DNA of 64,000 nucleotides from an uncultured Pelagibacteraceae bacterium (GTDB taxonomy: Bacteria > Pseudomonadota > Alphaproteobacteria > Pelagibacterales > Pelagibacteraceae). A model generated the notes under the pieces. It did no database searches. It was given only the letters and a program-made list of their open reading frames with translations, and had not been told where the DNA came from. The position numbers were made by a program, and so were the translations under genes. Positions 30,231-40,482 of this stretch are shown piece after piece; the first letter of the stretch is position 1, and each line of letters opens with the position of its first letter. The stretch is taken from NCBI GenBank assembly GCA_902618205.1, contig CACMZL010000005.1, positions 59,184 through 123,183 on the forward strand, written 5' to 3'.

Positions 30231-31244
30231 ATGGGTTCAGTAGTTCAATTAAAAAAGCAAATAACTAATGCGTATACAGATTTAGTAAATTCTGTTGATG
30301 AAAAACTAAGTTTAGTTGAAGACAAAATTTCTTATAAATTAGATAGTAAAGTTGAGCTTGTTAAAGAAATGACAGCTTACCATATGACTAGTGGAGGTAA
30401 AAGATTAAGAGCATTGCTTACTTTGGAGTGTGCTAAATTGTGTGGATATACAAAAGGTAGTAGAGATGTGAACCTAGCTGCATGTGTTGAACTCATACAC
30501 GCAGCAACTCTTATGCATGATGATGTAATTGACAGCGCAGATTTAAGAAGAGGAAAAAAAACTACAAATAAAATTTGGGGAAATCAGTCATCAATTCTTG
30601 TTGGGGACTATTTATTAAGTAGATGTTTTGAAATGATGGTTGAGGATGGAAGTATTGAAGTATTAAAACTTTTATCTTCTACATCATCAACTATTGCTCA
30701 AGGAGAAGTTTTGCAATTACAACATAAAGGTGACTCTGAAATGTTAGAAGATACATATTTGAATATAATTTCTTCTAAAACTGCAGCTTTATTTTCTGCA
30801 TCTTCAAAAGTTGGGTCGATAATTACTGATAAAGACAATAAATTTAAAGATGCACTAGAATTCTATGGAAAGAACCTTGGATTAACATTTCAGATTGCAG
30901 ATGACACACTTGACTATAACTCAGAATTAAAAATGTTTGGTAAAGAGATAGGGAAAGATTTCTTTGAGGGCAAGGTCACTCTCCCGATTATTCTATTACA
31001 TCAAAAATTATCTTCAGATGAAAAATTAGTTTTAAAAAAAATATTTGAACAAAATATCAGATCTAAAGAGCAATTTGACTATGTGCTTACATTGGTAAAA
31101 AAATATAATATAATTAATGAGTGTTACAAAAAAGCGGAGCACTATATAAGTTTAGCATCAAATTCATTAAGTATATTTCAAGATTGTGAAGAAAAAACTA
31201 TACTCAAAAATTTAACTTCATTTAGTATTAATAGAAAATTTTAA
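30231..31244 (+). CDS. ispB: Polyprenyl (octaprenyl-type) diphosphate synthase
   Basis: GGKRLR, ELIHAATLMHDDVID..RRG, KTAALF, FQIADD. Confidence 0.93.
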   Translation: MGSVVQLKKQITNAYTDLVNSVDEKLSLVEDKISYKLDSKVELVKEMTAYHMTSGGKRLRALLTLECAKLCGYTKGSRDVNLAACVELIHAATLMHDDVIDSADLRRGKKTTNKIWGNQSSILVGDYLLSRCFEMMVEDGSIEVLKLLSSTSSTIAQGEVLQLQHKGDSEMLEDTYLNIISSKTAALFSASSKVGSIITDKDNKFKDALEFYGKNLGLTFQIADDTLDYNSELKMFGKEIGKDFFEGKVTLPIILLHQKLSSDEKLVLKKIFEQNIRSKEQFDYVLTLVKKYNIINECYKKAEHYISLASNSLSIFQDCEEKTILKNLTSFSINRKF

Positions 31245-31864
31245 GGTGATAAGAGAATTTTTTTCCAATCATTATTTTCTTTAATATATTTTAATCTTTC
31301 GTGAATTCTATTTTCACCATCTAACCAAAATTCAATTTCGTGGTGTTTTAACCTCCATCCTGACCAATGATCAGGTCTTGGAACATTATTTTCGTCTTTA
31401 TAGAGATCTTTAAATTTTTTTATAGATTGGTTTAGCTCTTCTCTATCTTTTAAAATTGAACTCTGATTTGATGCCCATGCACCAATTCTACTTCCGTAAC
31501 TTCTGGATTTATAATAATTATCAGCTTCTTCATCAGAAACTTTTTCAGCAGTACCAACTATTCGAATTTGTCTGAGTAAACTTTTCCAATGAAAGCACAT
31601 CGAAATGTTTGGATTCTGCTTTATAGAGTTTCCCTTATTACTATTAAAGTTAGTGTAAAAAACAAATCCATCCTCTCCATAATCTTTGAGCAATACCATT
31701 CTTACATTCGGATAACCTTTTTCGTTAATAGTGCCTAGTGCTAATGCATTTGGATCATTTATTTCTGTTTTCTTTGCTTCTTTATACCATTCAGTGAATA
31801 ATAATATTGGATTATCGAGATCTAGAAAGCATTTATCTAACCCTAAAGAATTTTTTTCGTTCAT
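31241..31864 (-). CDS. pdxH: Pyridoxamine 5'-phosphate oxidase
   Basis: RMVLLK, FYTNFNSNKG, RQIRI, SRIGAWASNQS, WSGW, EFW. Confidence 0.95.
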   Translation of the reverse strand: MNEKNSLGLDKCFLDLDNPILLFTEWYKEAKKTEINDPNALALGTINEKGYPNVRMVLLKDYGEDGFVFYTNFNSNKGNSIKQNPNISMCFHWKSLLRQIRIVGTAEKVSDEEADNYYKSRSYGSRIGAWASNQSSILKDREELNQSIKKFKDLYKDENNVPRPDHWSGWRLKHHEIEFWLDGENRIHERLKYIKENNDWKKILLSP

Positions 31865-31896
31865 AATTTAACCAAAATAATTTATATAATAATATA

Positions 31897-32982
31897 ATGT
31901 CTTTTAATACATTTGGAAAATTTTTTCGATTTACTACTTGGGGTGAGTCTCACGGTCCAGCAATAGGATGTGTTGTTGATGGTTGTCCTCCAAATATTAA
32001 GCTTAATATCAGAGACATTCAGTTAGAATTAAATAAAAGAAAGCCTGGTCAGTCAAAATTTACAACCCAAAGAAAAGAGGATGATAAAGTAGAAATTTTA
32101 TCAGGAACATTTGAGGGCAAAACAACTGGTACACCTATCTCAATGATTATCTTCAATAAAGATATGCGTTCTAGGGATTATAAAAATATTAAAGATAAAT
32201 TTAGACCTGGTCATGCTGATTATACATATTTTAAAAAGTATGGAATTAGAGATTATAGAGGTGGAGGCAGACAGTCAGCAAGAGAGACTGCATCAAGAGT
32301 GGCAGCAGGGGCAATAGCAAAACAAGTTTTGCAAAATATTATTGGGAAAAAGTACAGTGTAATTGGAGCCGTAACACAATTAGGAATACTAGGATGTGAC
32401 ACAGAAAAATGGAATGACAGTTTCATCACAAAAAACCATTTATTTTGTCCAGATAAAACAGTTTTAAAATTATGGGAAAAATATTTACTTGGGATAAGAA
32501 AAGCTGGCTCATCATGTGGGGCAATTATTGAAGTAAGAGCAAGAGGTGTACCTGTCGGATTAGGAGCTCCAATTTATTCAAAATTAGATATGGATTTAGC
32601 ATCAGCAATGATGAGTATTAACGCAGTAAAAGGGGTAAATATAGGATCAGGAATGAACTCTGCTCAACTTTCTGGTGAACAAAATTCTGATGAAATGTCC
32701 CAAGCAGGAAAGAAAACAAAATTTAAATCGAATAATGCTGGAGGAATTCTTGGAGGTATTTCTAGTGGTCAAGAAATAATAGTTTCTTTTGCAGTAAAAC
32801 CAACTTCATCAATTCTTTCTCAAAGAAAAACAATTAATAAATTTGGAAAAAATACTTCAATTTCAGTCACAGGGAGACATGATCCATGTGTAGGTATTAG
32901 AGCAGTGCCTATTGGCGAAGCAATGATGCATTGTGTAATTCTTGATCACTACTTAATGAATAAAGCTCAATGTGGAAATTAA
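31897..32982 (+). CDS. aroC: Chorismate synthase
   Basis: [37 protein letters not shown]. Confidence 0.98.
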   Translation: MSFNTFGKFFRFTTWGESHGPAIGCVVDGCPPNIKLNIRDIQLELNKRKPGQSKFTTQRKEDDKVEILSGTFEGKTTGTPISMIIFNKDMRSRDYKNIKDKFRPGHADYTYFKKYGIRDYRGGGRQSARETASRVAAGAIAKQVLQNIIGKKYSVIGAVTQLGILGCDTEKWNDSFITKNHLFCPDKTVLKLWEKYLLGIRKAGSSCGAIIEVRARGVPVGLGAPIYSKLDMDLASAMMSINAVKGVNIGSGMNSAQLSGEQNSDEMSQAGKKTKFKSNNAGGILGGISSGQEIIVSFAVKPTSSILSQRKTINKFGKNTSISVTGRHDPCVGIRAVPIGEAMMHCVILDHYLMNKAQCGN

Positions 32983-34889
32983 TTAGTTTTTTTAATTAAA
33001 ACTTTAGAATTTAGAGTTTCTAAAACCTTCGCTTCAATAGATTTAGCATCTAGACCAGCTTCTTTATACATTTCTTCTGGTTTATCTTGGTCTAAAAATT
33101 TATCAGGCAAAATCATTGATCTAAATTTTATATTATTATCTAATAAATTCTTTTCATTTAAGAAATGATTTACATGAGCTCCAAAACCTCCTATAGATCC
33201 TTCTTCCAAAGTAATTAGCACTTCATGATTTGTTGCAACTTGCCACATAAGATTTTCATCCAGAGGTTTTGCAAATCTAGCATCTATAATTGTTGGATTA
33301 ATTCCCATTTTTTTTAAACCTTCTTCAGCCAATAAACATTCTTTTAATCTGTTACCAAAACTTACTAAGGCAACTTTCTTACCTTCTCTTATAACTCTAC
33401 CTTTTCCAATATCTATTTTTTCGTTGATATCAGGTAATTCTAAACCTGCTCCATTTCCTCTAGGATATCTAAATGCACATGGTTGATTATTAATATCTAC
33501 TGACGTATTGACCATTCTTACCAATTCTGCTTCATCACTTGCTGCCATAACAATAAAATTAGGTAAAGTTGATAAATATGTAATATCAAACGCACCTGCA
33601 TGAGTGGCTCCATCGGCGCCAACTAAACCAGCTCTATCAATTGCAAATCTTACTGGTAAACTTTGAATTGCAACGTCATGAACTACCTGATCATAAGCTC
33701 TTTGTAAAAATGTTGAATAAATTGCTGCATAAGGCTTATAACCCTCTGTTGCTAAACCTGCAGCAAAAGTAACAGCATGTTGTTCAGCAATTCCAACATC
33801 AAAAGTTCTGTCAGGGAATACTTTACTAAATGCGTCCATTCCTGTCCCAGATGGCATAGCAGCAGTTATACCTACAATTTTACTATCTTTCTTTGCATGC
33901 TCTATTAATGTATTTGCAAATACCTTTGTAAAAGCAGGAGTCTTAGTTGTTGATTTTTGTTGAACTCCAGTTTGAACGTCAAATTTTGTAACTCCATGAT
34001 ACTTATCATCAGATTTTTCAGCAAAACTATATCCTTTCCCTTTTTGAGTTTTTATATGAATTAGTATTGGACCATTATGATTGCTTTCTTTTGCATTTTT
34101 TAAAATTGGCAATAGCACATCTAAATCATGACCATCAATTGGACCAACATAATAAAAACCTAATGAATTAAATAATGTACCACCTGTAACAGCTGATCTC
34201 AAAAAATCTTCAGCCTTTCCAGCCTTTTTGCTAAATCTTTTTGAAAATGATGAAATAATCATTTTAACTGTTTCTCTGAAACTAAAATAAATCTTACCTG
34301 AAAAAATTTTAGCAAGATAAGATTTCATTGCGCCAACTGGTTTTGCAATTGACATATCATTGTCATTCAAAATTACGATCATTTTTGTTTTTGAGTCCCC
34401 GGCATTATTCATAGCTTCATATGCCATTCCTGCACTCATGGCACCGTCACCAATAACTGCTATAACCTGATCTGATTTATTTGATAGTTTATTCGCTGTT
34501 GCGATGCCAAGTCCAGCAGAAATAGAAGTAGAACTGTGAGCTGCACCAAAGGGGTCAAATTCACTTTCTGATCGCTTTGTAAAGCCAGATAATCCATTTC
34601 CTTGTCGTAAAGTTCGTATTTTATCTTTTCTTCCTGTTAAAATTTTATGAGGGTATGATTGATGACCAACATCCCATATCAATTTGTCCCTTGGGGTGTC
34701 AAAAACATAGTGAAGTGCTACTGTTAATTCCACAACACCTAAGCCTGCGCCTAGATGACCACCTGTTTTTGAAACAGCATCAATCATTTCGCTTCTTACT
34801 TCTTCTGATAGAACTTTTAATTCTTCATTATTCAGTTTTTTTATATCTGAAGGAAAATTAATATTATTTAAATATTTATAATTTTGCAT
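32979..34889 (-). CDS. dxs: 1-deoxy-D-xylulose-5-phosphate synthase
   Basis: [40 protein letters not shown]. Confidence 0.98.
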   Translation of the reverse strand: MQNYKYLNNINFPSDIKKLNNEELKVLSEEVRSEMIDAVSKTGGHLGAGLGVVELTVALHYVFDTPRDKLIWDVGHQSYPHKILTGRKDKIRTLRQGNGLSGFTKRSESEFDPFGAAHSSTSISAGLGIATANKLSNKSDQVIAVIGDGAMSAGMAYEAMNNAGDSKTKMIVILNDNDMSIAKPVGAMKSYLAKIFSGKIYFSFRETVKMIISSFSKRFSKKAGKAEDFLRSAVTGGTLFNSLGFYYVGPIDGHDLDVLLPILKNAKESNHNGPILIHIKTQKGKGYSFAEKSDDKYHGVTKFDVQTGVQQKSTTKTPAFTKVFANTLIEHAKKDSKIVGITAAMPSGTGMDAFSKVFPDRTFDVGIAEQHAVTFAAGLATEGYKPYAAIYSTFLQRAYDQVVHDVAIQSLPVRFAIDRAGLVGADGATHAGAFDITYLSTLPNFIVMAASDEAELVRMVNTSVDINNQPCAFRYPRGNGAGLELPDINEKIDIGKGRVIREGKKVALVSFGNRLKECLLAEEGLKKMGINPTIIDARFAKPLDENLMWQVATNHEVLITLEEGSIGGFGAHVNHFLNEKNLLDNNIKFRSMILPDKFLDQDKPEEMYKEAGLDAKSIEAKVLETLNSKVLIKKTN

Positions 34890-35759
34890 TTATTTATTTC
34901 TACTTAATATAAATTCAATTGTCTCTTTTAAATCACTAGCATTATTTCCGTAGCTAATTAAACTATTAAATATTTCTTTTTTTATTTCTGAAGCATATTT
35001 AATAGCATTTTTATATCCTAGTAAACTTATTAATGTTGCTTTTCCCCTTTTTGAATCTTTATTTGTTTTTTTTCCTGCAGTTTTTGATGTACCTCTATAA
35101 TCAATTAAATCATCTGCAATTTGAAAAAGTAAACCAATTTTTTCACCAATAACTGAGAATTTTTTTATTTGATCTTTTTTATTTGTCAAAATAACTGGAG
35201 ACAAACAGCTGAATGAAAATAGTTTTCCGGTCTTTTTAATCTCCATATCTATAACTTTTTGTTTAGAAACTTTTTTTCTTTCATAATTTAAATCCAAAAA
35301 TTGACCTCCAGCTATTCCTTGGTGTCCCGATGATTGAGATATTAGATTTATTAGGGATATTTTTTTATTGTTATTTATATTGAACTTTGGATCAGATAAA
35401 ATTTCAAAAGCCAATGTCAAAAGGGAGTTTCCAGCTAAAACTGCCGTTGATTCTCCAAATTTTTTATGTGTAGTTAGTTTGCCTCTTCTAATATCATCAT
35501 CATCCATACAAGGTAAATCGTCATGTATTAGTGAATAAGCGTGTATACATTCAACAGCTGAACACAAATATAAAAGATATTTTTTTTCTACATTAAAAAT
35601 TTTTCCAATATCAAATATAAGCTTAGATCTTATTTTTTTTCCTCCAGGAAATAAACCATATTTAATAGGTATAATTAGATCTGTTTTTTTTTGTTTCGCT
35701 AAGTAATTTTTTAAAAATTTATTTACTTCATTAACAGTTTTAACTAATTTTTTTTTCAT
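34890..35759 (-). CDS. ispA: Farnesyl diphosphate synthase
   Basis: GGKKIR, HAYSLIHDDLPCMD, KTGKL, FQIADD. Confidence 0.94.
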   Translation of the reverse strand: MKKKLVKTVNEVNKFLKNYLAKQKKTDLIIPIKYGLFPGGKKIRSKLIFDIGKIFNVEKKYLLYLCSAVECIHAYSLIHDDLPCMDDDDIRRGKLTTHKKFGESTAVLAGNSLLTLAFEILSDPKFNINNNKKISLINLISQSSGHQGIAGGQFLDLNYERKKVSKQKVIDMEIKKTGKLFSFSCLSPVILTNKKDQIKKFSVIGEKIGLLFQIADDLIDYRGTSKTAGKKTNKDSKRGKATLISLLGYKNAIKYASEIKKEIFNSLISYGNNASDLKETIEFILSRNK

Positions 35760-35994
35760 TTTTTTTTGAGGTTAATTCTTCTATTTTTAGCTTGGTACTT
35801 TCAGATATATTTTTTGAATCCTTTTGAAATTTTTTCTCTATTATATTGTTTAACTTTATTAAATATTGATAATCATCAATGGATTCTTCCAAATTTTTTT
35901 TATTTTCTAATTTTTGAATCAAACGATCTGCTATTTCTGTGAGTTCAGTCAAAGATTTTAATTCAATATCATCTGGCAAAATTTTTTCATTCAT
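35740..35994 (-). CDS. xseB: Exodeoxyribonuclease VII small subunit
   Basis: 84-aa helical protein in the conserved xseB-ispA-dxs position; motif match is weak. Confidence 0.7.
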   Translation of the reverse strand: MNEKILPDDIELKSLTELTEIADRLIQKLENKKNLEESIDDYQYLIKLNNIIEKKFQKDSKNISESTKLKIEELTSKKNEKKIS

Positions 35995-36019
35995 ATAATA
36001 TTTTGTAATATTATATGAA
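35990..36019. promoter_or_regulatory. Perfect 13-bp inverted repeat TTCATATAATATT-TTGT-AATATTATATGAA spanning both start codons; TATAAT on each strand
   Basis: Seen directly in the 20-bp xseB/tsaC divergent gap. Confidence 0.6.
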
Positions 36020-36950
36020 AATTAATGATACAAATATTAAAAAAGCGATAAAATATTTAAATAATAACGAATGTATTGGCATACCTACAGAAACTGTATA
36101 TGGATTAGCAGCTAATGCCTATTCTGATAAAGCTACCAAAAGAATATTTAAATTAAAAGGAAGACCTGCTGATAACCCCTTAATAGTTCATTATTATAGT
36201 GTTAAAGATTTGGAAAAAGATTGTGAGACGAATAATTTGTTTAATAAACTCTATAAGTCATTAAGCCCTGGACCAATCACATTTATATTAAAACTAAAAA
36301 AAGAAAGTAAAATTTCAAAAAACGTTACAAATAACAAAAAAACACTAGGCGTAAGATTCCCAAGTCACCAAACTGCTAGAATATTATTAAAATCTTTAAA
36401 ATATCCTTTAGCAGCACCAAGCGCAAATATCTCTGAAGGTATAAGTCCAGTGACAAAAGATGATGTATATGATGAATTTGGAGAAAAAATTAAATTCATT
36501 TTAGAAGGTGGAAGGTCAAAAGTTGGTATTGAATCTACGATAATAAGTTTAGTAAAAAAACCCCAAATTTTAAGATTGGGTGGTTTAGATATTTCTATAT
36601 TAAGTAAAAAATTAAAAACAAATTTAAAAACTAAATTACACAATAAAAGCAATATAAATTCTCCAGGGAGAGGAAGAATTCATTATTCACCAGGTATACC
36701 CATTAGATTAAACGCAGTTAAAATAAAAAAAGACGAGGCTTTTATTCTAATTAAGAAGAAAAGAGAAAATAATAAGAATTATTTTTACTTAAGTAAGACA
36801 AATAATCTAATGGAGAGTGTTAAAAATTTATATAAAACATTAAGAAGAATTAAGAAGTTAGGTTACAAAAAAATAGCTGTACAAACAATTCCGAACCGAA
36901 ACTTTGGATTAGTAATTAACGATAGACTTCTTAGAGCATCAAAAAAATGA
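36015..36950 (+). CDS. tsaC: L-threonylcarbamoyladenylate synthase (Sua5/TsaC)
   Basis: PTETVYGLAA, KGRPADNPLI, PGPITF, AAPSAN, GIESTI, HYSP. Confidence 0.95.
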   Translation: MKINDTNIKKAIKYLNNNECIGIPTETVYGLAANAYSDKATKRIFKLKGRPADNPLIVHYYSVKDLEKDCETNNLFNKLYKSLSPGPITFILKLKKESKISKNVTNNKKTLGVRFPSHQTARILLKSLKYPLAAPSANISEGISPVTKDDVYDEFGEKIKFILEGGRSKVGIESTIISLVKKPQILRLGGLDISILSKKLKTNLKTKLHNKSNINSPGRGRIHYSPGIPIRLNAVKIKKDEAFILIKKKRENNKNYFYLSKTNNLMESVKNLYKTLRRIKKLGYKKIAVQTIPNRNFGLVINDRLLRASKK

Positions 36951-37684
36951 AAAATTTAGTAGAAGTTAAAAATATAAAAAAAAACTATGGAAAGAATGAA
37001 GCTGTCAAAGGTATAAGCTTTAGCATAAAAGAAAACGAAATTTTAGGCCTATTAGGTCCAAATGGTTCAGGCAAAACAACTACTATTGGCATGTTGTTGG
37101 GACTTTTAAAACCAACTAGTGGAGAAATTTTTATAAATGGACAAAAATTGGAGGGAAATAGAATTGAAATCTTAGAACAAATAAACTTCATATCTCCATA
37201 TATTGAATTACCGAAAAAACTTACGGTTAAACAAAATCTAACCGTTTATGGAAAATTATATAAAATAAATAATATTAATGATAGGATCGAATTTTTATCA
37301 GAAAAATTAAGATTGGGAGGATTGCTTAATAACATTACAGGTGAATTATCATCTGGACAAAAAAATAGAGTTAGTTTGGCAAAAGCATTAATTAACGAGC
37401 CGAAAGTATTACTATTGGATGAACCAACCGCATCATTAGATCCAGAAGTAGGTGATTTTGTTAGATCTTTTTTGGAAGATTATAAAAAAGAAAAAAAAAT
37501 ATCTATACTTCTTGCCTCTCATAATATGAATGAAGTCACTAGACTTTGTAAGTCAATTCTAATGATGAAAGATGGAATAATAATCGATAAAGGAAATCCT
37601 GAAGAATTAATCAATAAACATGGCAGAAAAAACCTTGAAGAAGTTTTTTTAAAATTATCTAGGAGTAAAAATGAGCTTAACTAG
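36947..37684 (+). CDS. ABC-2 type exporter ATP-binding subunit
   Basis: GPNGSGKTT, LSSGQ signature, LLLDEPT, SH switch. Confidence 0.93.
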   Translation: MKNLVEVKNIKKNYGKNEAVKGISFSIKENEILGLLGPNGSGKTTTIGMLLGLLKPTSGEIFINGQKLEGNRIEILEQINFISPYIELPKKLTVKQNLTVYGKLYKINNINDRIEFLSEKLRLGGLLNNITGELSSGQKNRVSLAKALINEPKVLLLDEPTASLDPEVGDFVRSFLEDYKKEKKISILLASHNMNEVTRLCKSILMMKDGIIIDKGNPEELINKHGRKNLEEVFLKLSRSKNELN

Positions 37685-38462
37685 AATGTATGGTCTATTT
37701 TTAAGACATTTTTATTTAATTACCAGATCTTTCCCAAGGGTTTTGGATCTTGTTTATTGGCCGACTATTCAAATTACATTGTGGGGATTCATCTCAAATT
37801 TTTTTGCTACACATACAACATATTATAATAATGCTGTAGGGGTTATATTAACATGCGCAATCCTTTATGATTTTCTTTTCAGAACAAGTATTGGGTTTAA
37901 TATGCTGTTTCTTGAAGAAATTTGGAGTAGAAACTTTACAAATTTATTTATTGCGCCAATGAAAATTGGTGAAATATTAACTTCACTTGTTGCTACAGCT
38001 TTAATAAGAGCTCTAATAGGTTTAATACCAGCAGTACTTTTAACTTCTCCATTGTTCGGTATTTCTATTTTAGATTTAGGAATATTTTTATTCTTTTTAT
38101 TTTTGAGCCTATATTTATTTGGAATAACACTTGGCATCCTGGTATCTGCTGGTCTATTAAGATATGGGCCCTCTTTTGAAAATATAGCATGGTCTACAAT
38201 GTTTTTATTAGCTCCATTTGGATGCATTTATTATCCAATTGAAATATTGCCAGAGGTGTTTCAGAAAATAGCTTACTTATTACCATTGGTATATATTTTT
38301 GAAGAGACAAGAAATATTTTGATTAATCAAACTGTAGATATTCAAAATATCTATTATGCATTCTTGTGGAATGGGGTTTACTTTGTATTATCAATTGTAT
38401 TATTCTATTATTCATTCAATGTCGCAAAAAATAAAGGGACGCTTATTAATATGGGTGAATAG
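37671..38462 (+). CDS. ABC-2 type exporter permease
   Basis: About six TM helices, YWP, EEIWSRNFTNLFIAP, YYPIEILP, LLPL. Confidence 0.88.
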   Translation: MSLTRMYGLFLRHFYLITRSFPRVLDLVYWPTIQITLWGFISNFFATHTTYYNNAVGVILTCAILYDFLFRTSIGFNMLFLEEIWSRNFTNLFIAPMKIGEILTSLVATALIRALIGLIPAVLLTSPLFGISILDLGIFLFFLFLSLYLFGITLGILVSAGLLRYGPSFENIAWSTMFLLAPFGCIYYPIEILPEVFQKIAYLLPLVYIFEETRNILINQTVDIQNIYYAFLWNGVYFVLSIVLFYYSFNVAKNKGTLINMGE

Positions 38463-38539
38463 TGGTGCGCCCGCAAGGAGTCGAACCCTGAACCTCCAGA
38501 GCCGAAATCTGGCGCTCTATCCAGTTGAGCTACGAACGC
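38463..38539 (-). tRNA. tRNA-Arg (anticodon TCG), 77 nt, CCA encoded
   Basis: GCGTTCGTAGCTCAACTGGATAGAGCGCCAGATTTCGGCTCTGGAGGTTCAGGGTTCGACTCCTTGCGGGCGCACCA; anticodon arm CCAGA-TTTCGGC-TCTGG; Arg identity elements A20, C35, G36 present. Confidence 0.95.
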
Positions 38540-38562
38540 ATAATAATTTAATATATTAATTT

Positions 38563-39543
38563 ATGAAAAATTTCATCAATTTTATTATTAAAGAAGATGA
38601 TAATAACAAGAGAGTAGATACGATATTAGCAAATCATGATAAAAGGTTAAGCAGAACTAGAGTAAAAAATTTAATTCTAGATAGTAAATTAAAAATTAAC
38701 GAGAAAATTATAAAAGACCCTTCAATTAAAACAAAATTAAATGACAAAATTGATCTTGAAATTATTGAACCTAAGAAACAAAGCTTAAAACCTTACAATT
38801 TTAAATTAAACATAATTTATGAAGATGAAGACTTAATTGTAATTGACAAACCTTCTGGAATTTCAATGCACCCTGGCCCTGGTAATTACGATAATACAAT
38901 AGTTAACGCTTTAATGAATTATAATGGTAAAAATTTATCTGATATTGGAGATGAACTTAGACCTGGTATAGTACATAGAATTGATAAGGATACATCAGGA
39001 TTAATTGTAATTGCAAAAAATAATTTAACCCATGAAAAATTATCAATTCAATTCTCTGAACATTCTATAACTAGAGTTTATCAAACTTTAATATGGGGAA
39101 AATTAAGACCTCAAAAAGGAAAAATTGAAAACTTAATAACTAGAAGTTCAAAAAATAGACAGATGATGGAAGTATCATCAAGCAAAGGTAAAAAGGCGAT
39201 TACTCATTATGAAACTTTAGAGCTTTTTGAGAATGATAATGTTCCAACTTTTAGCTTTATACAATGTAAATTAGAAACTGGGAGAACTCATCAAATAAGA
39301 GTTCATATGTCATACAAAGGTAATAATATTCTTGGTGATAAAAAATATAAAAAGAAATTTAAGAAATTTAAAAATATTGATGAAGACCTTAATGATAAAA
39401 TTTTAAATCTAGATAGACAATTTTTACATGCAAAAAAGTTAGGTTTTGACCATCCTAGGACAGATGAAAGACTAGAATTTTCATCAAATATCCCAAAGGA
39501 GTTAAGTGATATCCTAAAAAAACTAAGAAAATTAAGTAAATAA
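38563..39543 (+). CDS. rluD: RluA-family 23S rRNA pseudouridine synthase (RluD-like)
   Basis: S4 domain, VIDKPSG, HRIDKDTSG, LETGRTHQIRVH, QFLHA. Confidence 0.92.
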   Translation: MKNFINFIIKEDDNNKRVDTILANHDKRLSRTRVKNLILDSKLKINEKIIKDPSIKTKLNDKIDLEIIEPKKQSLKPYNFKLNIIYEDEDLIVIDKPSGISMHPGPGNYDNTIVNALMNYNGKNLSDIGDELRPGIVHRIDKDTSGLIVIAKNNLTHEKLSIQFSEHSITRVYQTLIWGKLRPQKGKIENLITRSSKNRQMMEVSSSKGKKAITHYETLELFENDNVPTFSFIQCKLETGRTHQIRVHMSYKGNNILGDKKYKKKFKKFKNIDEDLNDKILNLDRQFLHAKKLGFDHPRTDERLEFSSNIPKELSDILKKLRKLSK

Positions 39544-39586
39544 AACGATTGTAAAAAAAAATTTCTCTATTACATAACTACTTCCA

Positions 39587-40477
39587 ATGAGTAATAATTC
39601 GTACAACTTGCCTACGCTTTCGAATGAAGGTGGCTTAGCAGCTTATCTAGCTCAGATAAAAAAGTTTCCTATGCTAGATGCAGAAGAAGAATATATGCTT
39701 GCTAAAAATTGGCAAACTACAGGAAATGTTAAATCAGCTGAAAAACTTGTTACAAGTCATTTAAGATTAGTTGCTAAAATAGCGATGGGTTACAAAGGCT
39801 ATGGTTTGCCTCTAAATGAAATGATTTCAGAAGGTAACGTCGGTTTAATGCAAGCTGTTAAAAAATTTGAACCAGAAAAAGGTTTTAGACTTGCAACTTA
39901 TGCAATGTGGTGGATTAAAGCTTCTATTCAAGAATATATTCTAAGATCATGGAGCTTAGTAAAAATTGGAACTACAACAGCTCAGAAAAAACTTTTTTTC
40001 AATTTAAAGAAATTAAAAAATCAAATTGCACCTAGAACAGAGGGTGACTTACGTGATGAACACGTAAAAGACATAGCAAACAGATTAGATGTTAGTGAAC
40101 AAGAGGTAGTATCTATGAATAGAAGGCTATCAGGTAAAGAGCAGTCATTAAATGCACCAATTGGAGAAGACGGTGATGAGTGGCAAGATTGGGTTGTGGA
40201 TAATGATATGGATCAAGAACTTAAATTTGCACAAAATGAAGAAATGGAACAACGAAAAGATCTTCTTCAGGATTCTATTAAAATTTTAAATGAAAGAGAA
40301 AAAGAAATTCTTTACTCTAGAAGATTGACTGATAATCCGATAACTTTGGAGGACTTAAGCAAGAAATTCAAAATAAGCAGAGAAAGAATAAGACAAATTG
40401 AAAATAAAGCTTTTGAAAAACTTCAAAAACATATGCTGAACTCTGCTAAATCAAAAAATTTATTACCAGCTAATTAA
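39587..40477 (+). CDS. rpoH: RNA polymerase sigma-32 factor
   Basis: HLRLVAKIA, EGNVGLM, RpoH box QKKLFFNL, SRERIRQIE. Confidence 0.97.
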   Translation: MSNNSYNLPTLSNEGGLAAYLAQIKKFPMLDAEEEYMLAKNWQTTGNVKSAEKLVTSHLRLVAKIAMGYKGYGLPLNEMISEGNVGLMQAVKKFEPEKGFRLATYAMWWIKASIQEYILRSWSLVKIGTTTAQKKLFFNLKKLKNQIAPRTEGDLRDEHVKDIANRLDVSEQEVVSMNRRLSGKEQSLNAPIGEDGDEWQDWVVDNDMDQELKFAQNEEMEQRKDLLQDSIKILNEREKEILYSRRLTDNPITLEDLSKKFKISRERIRQIENKAFEKLQKHMLNSAKSKNLLPAN

Positions 40478-40482
40478 GCTTA

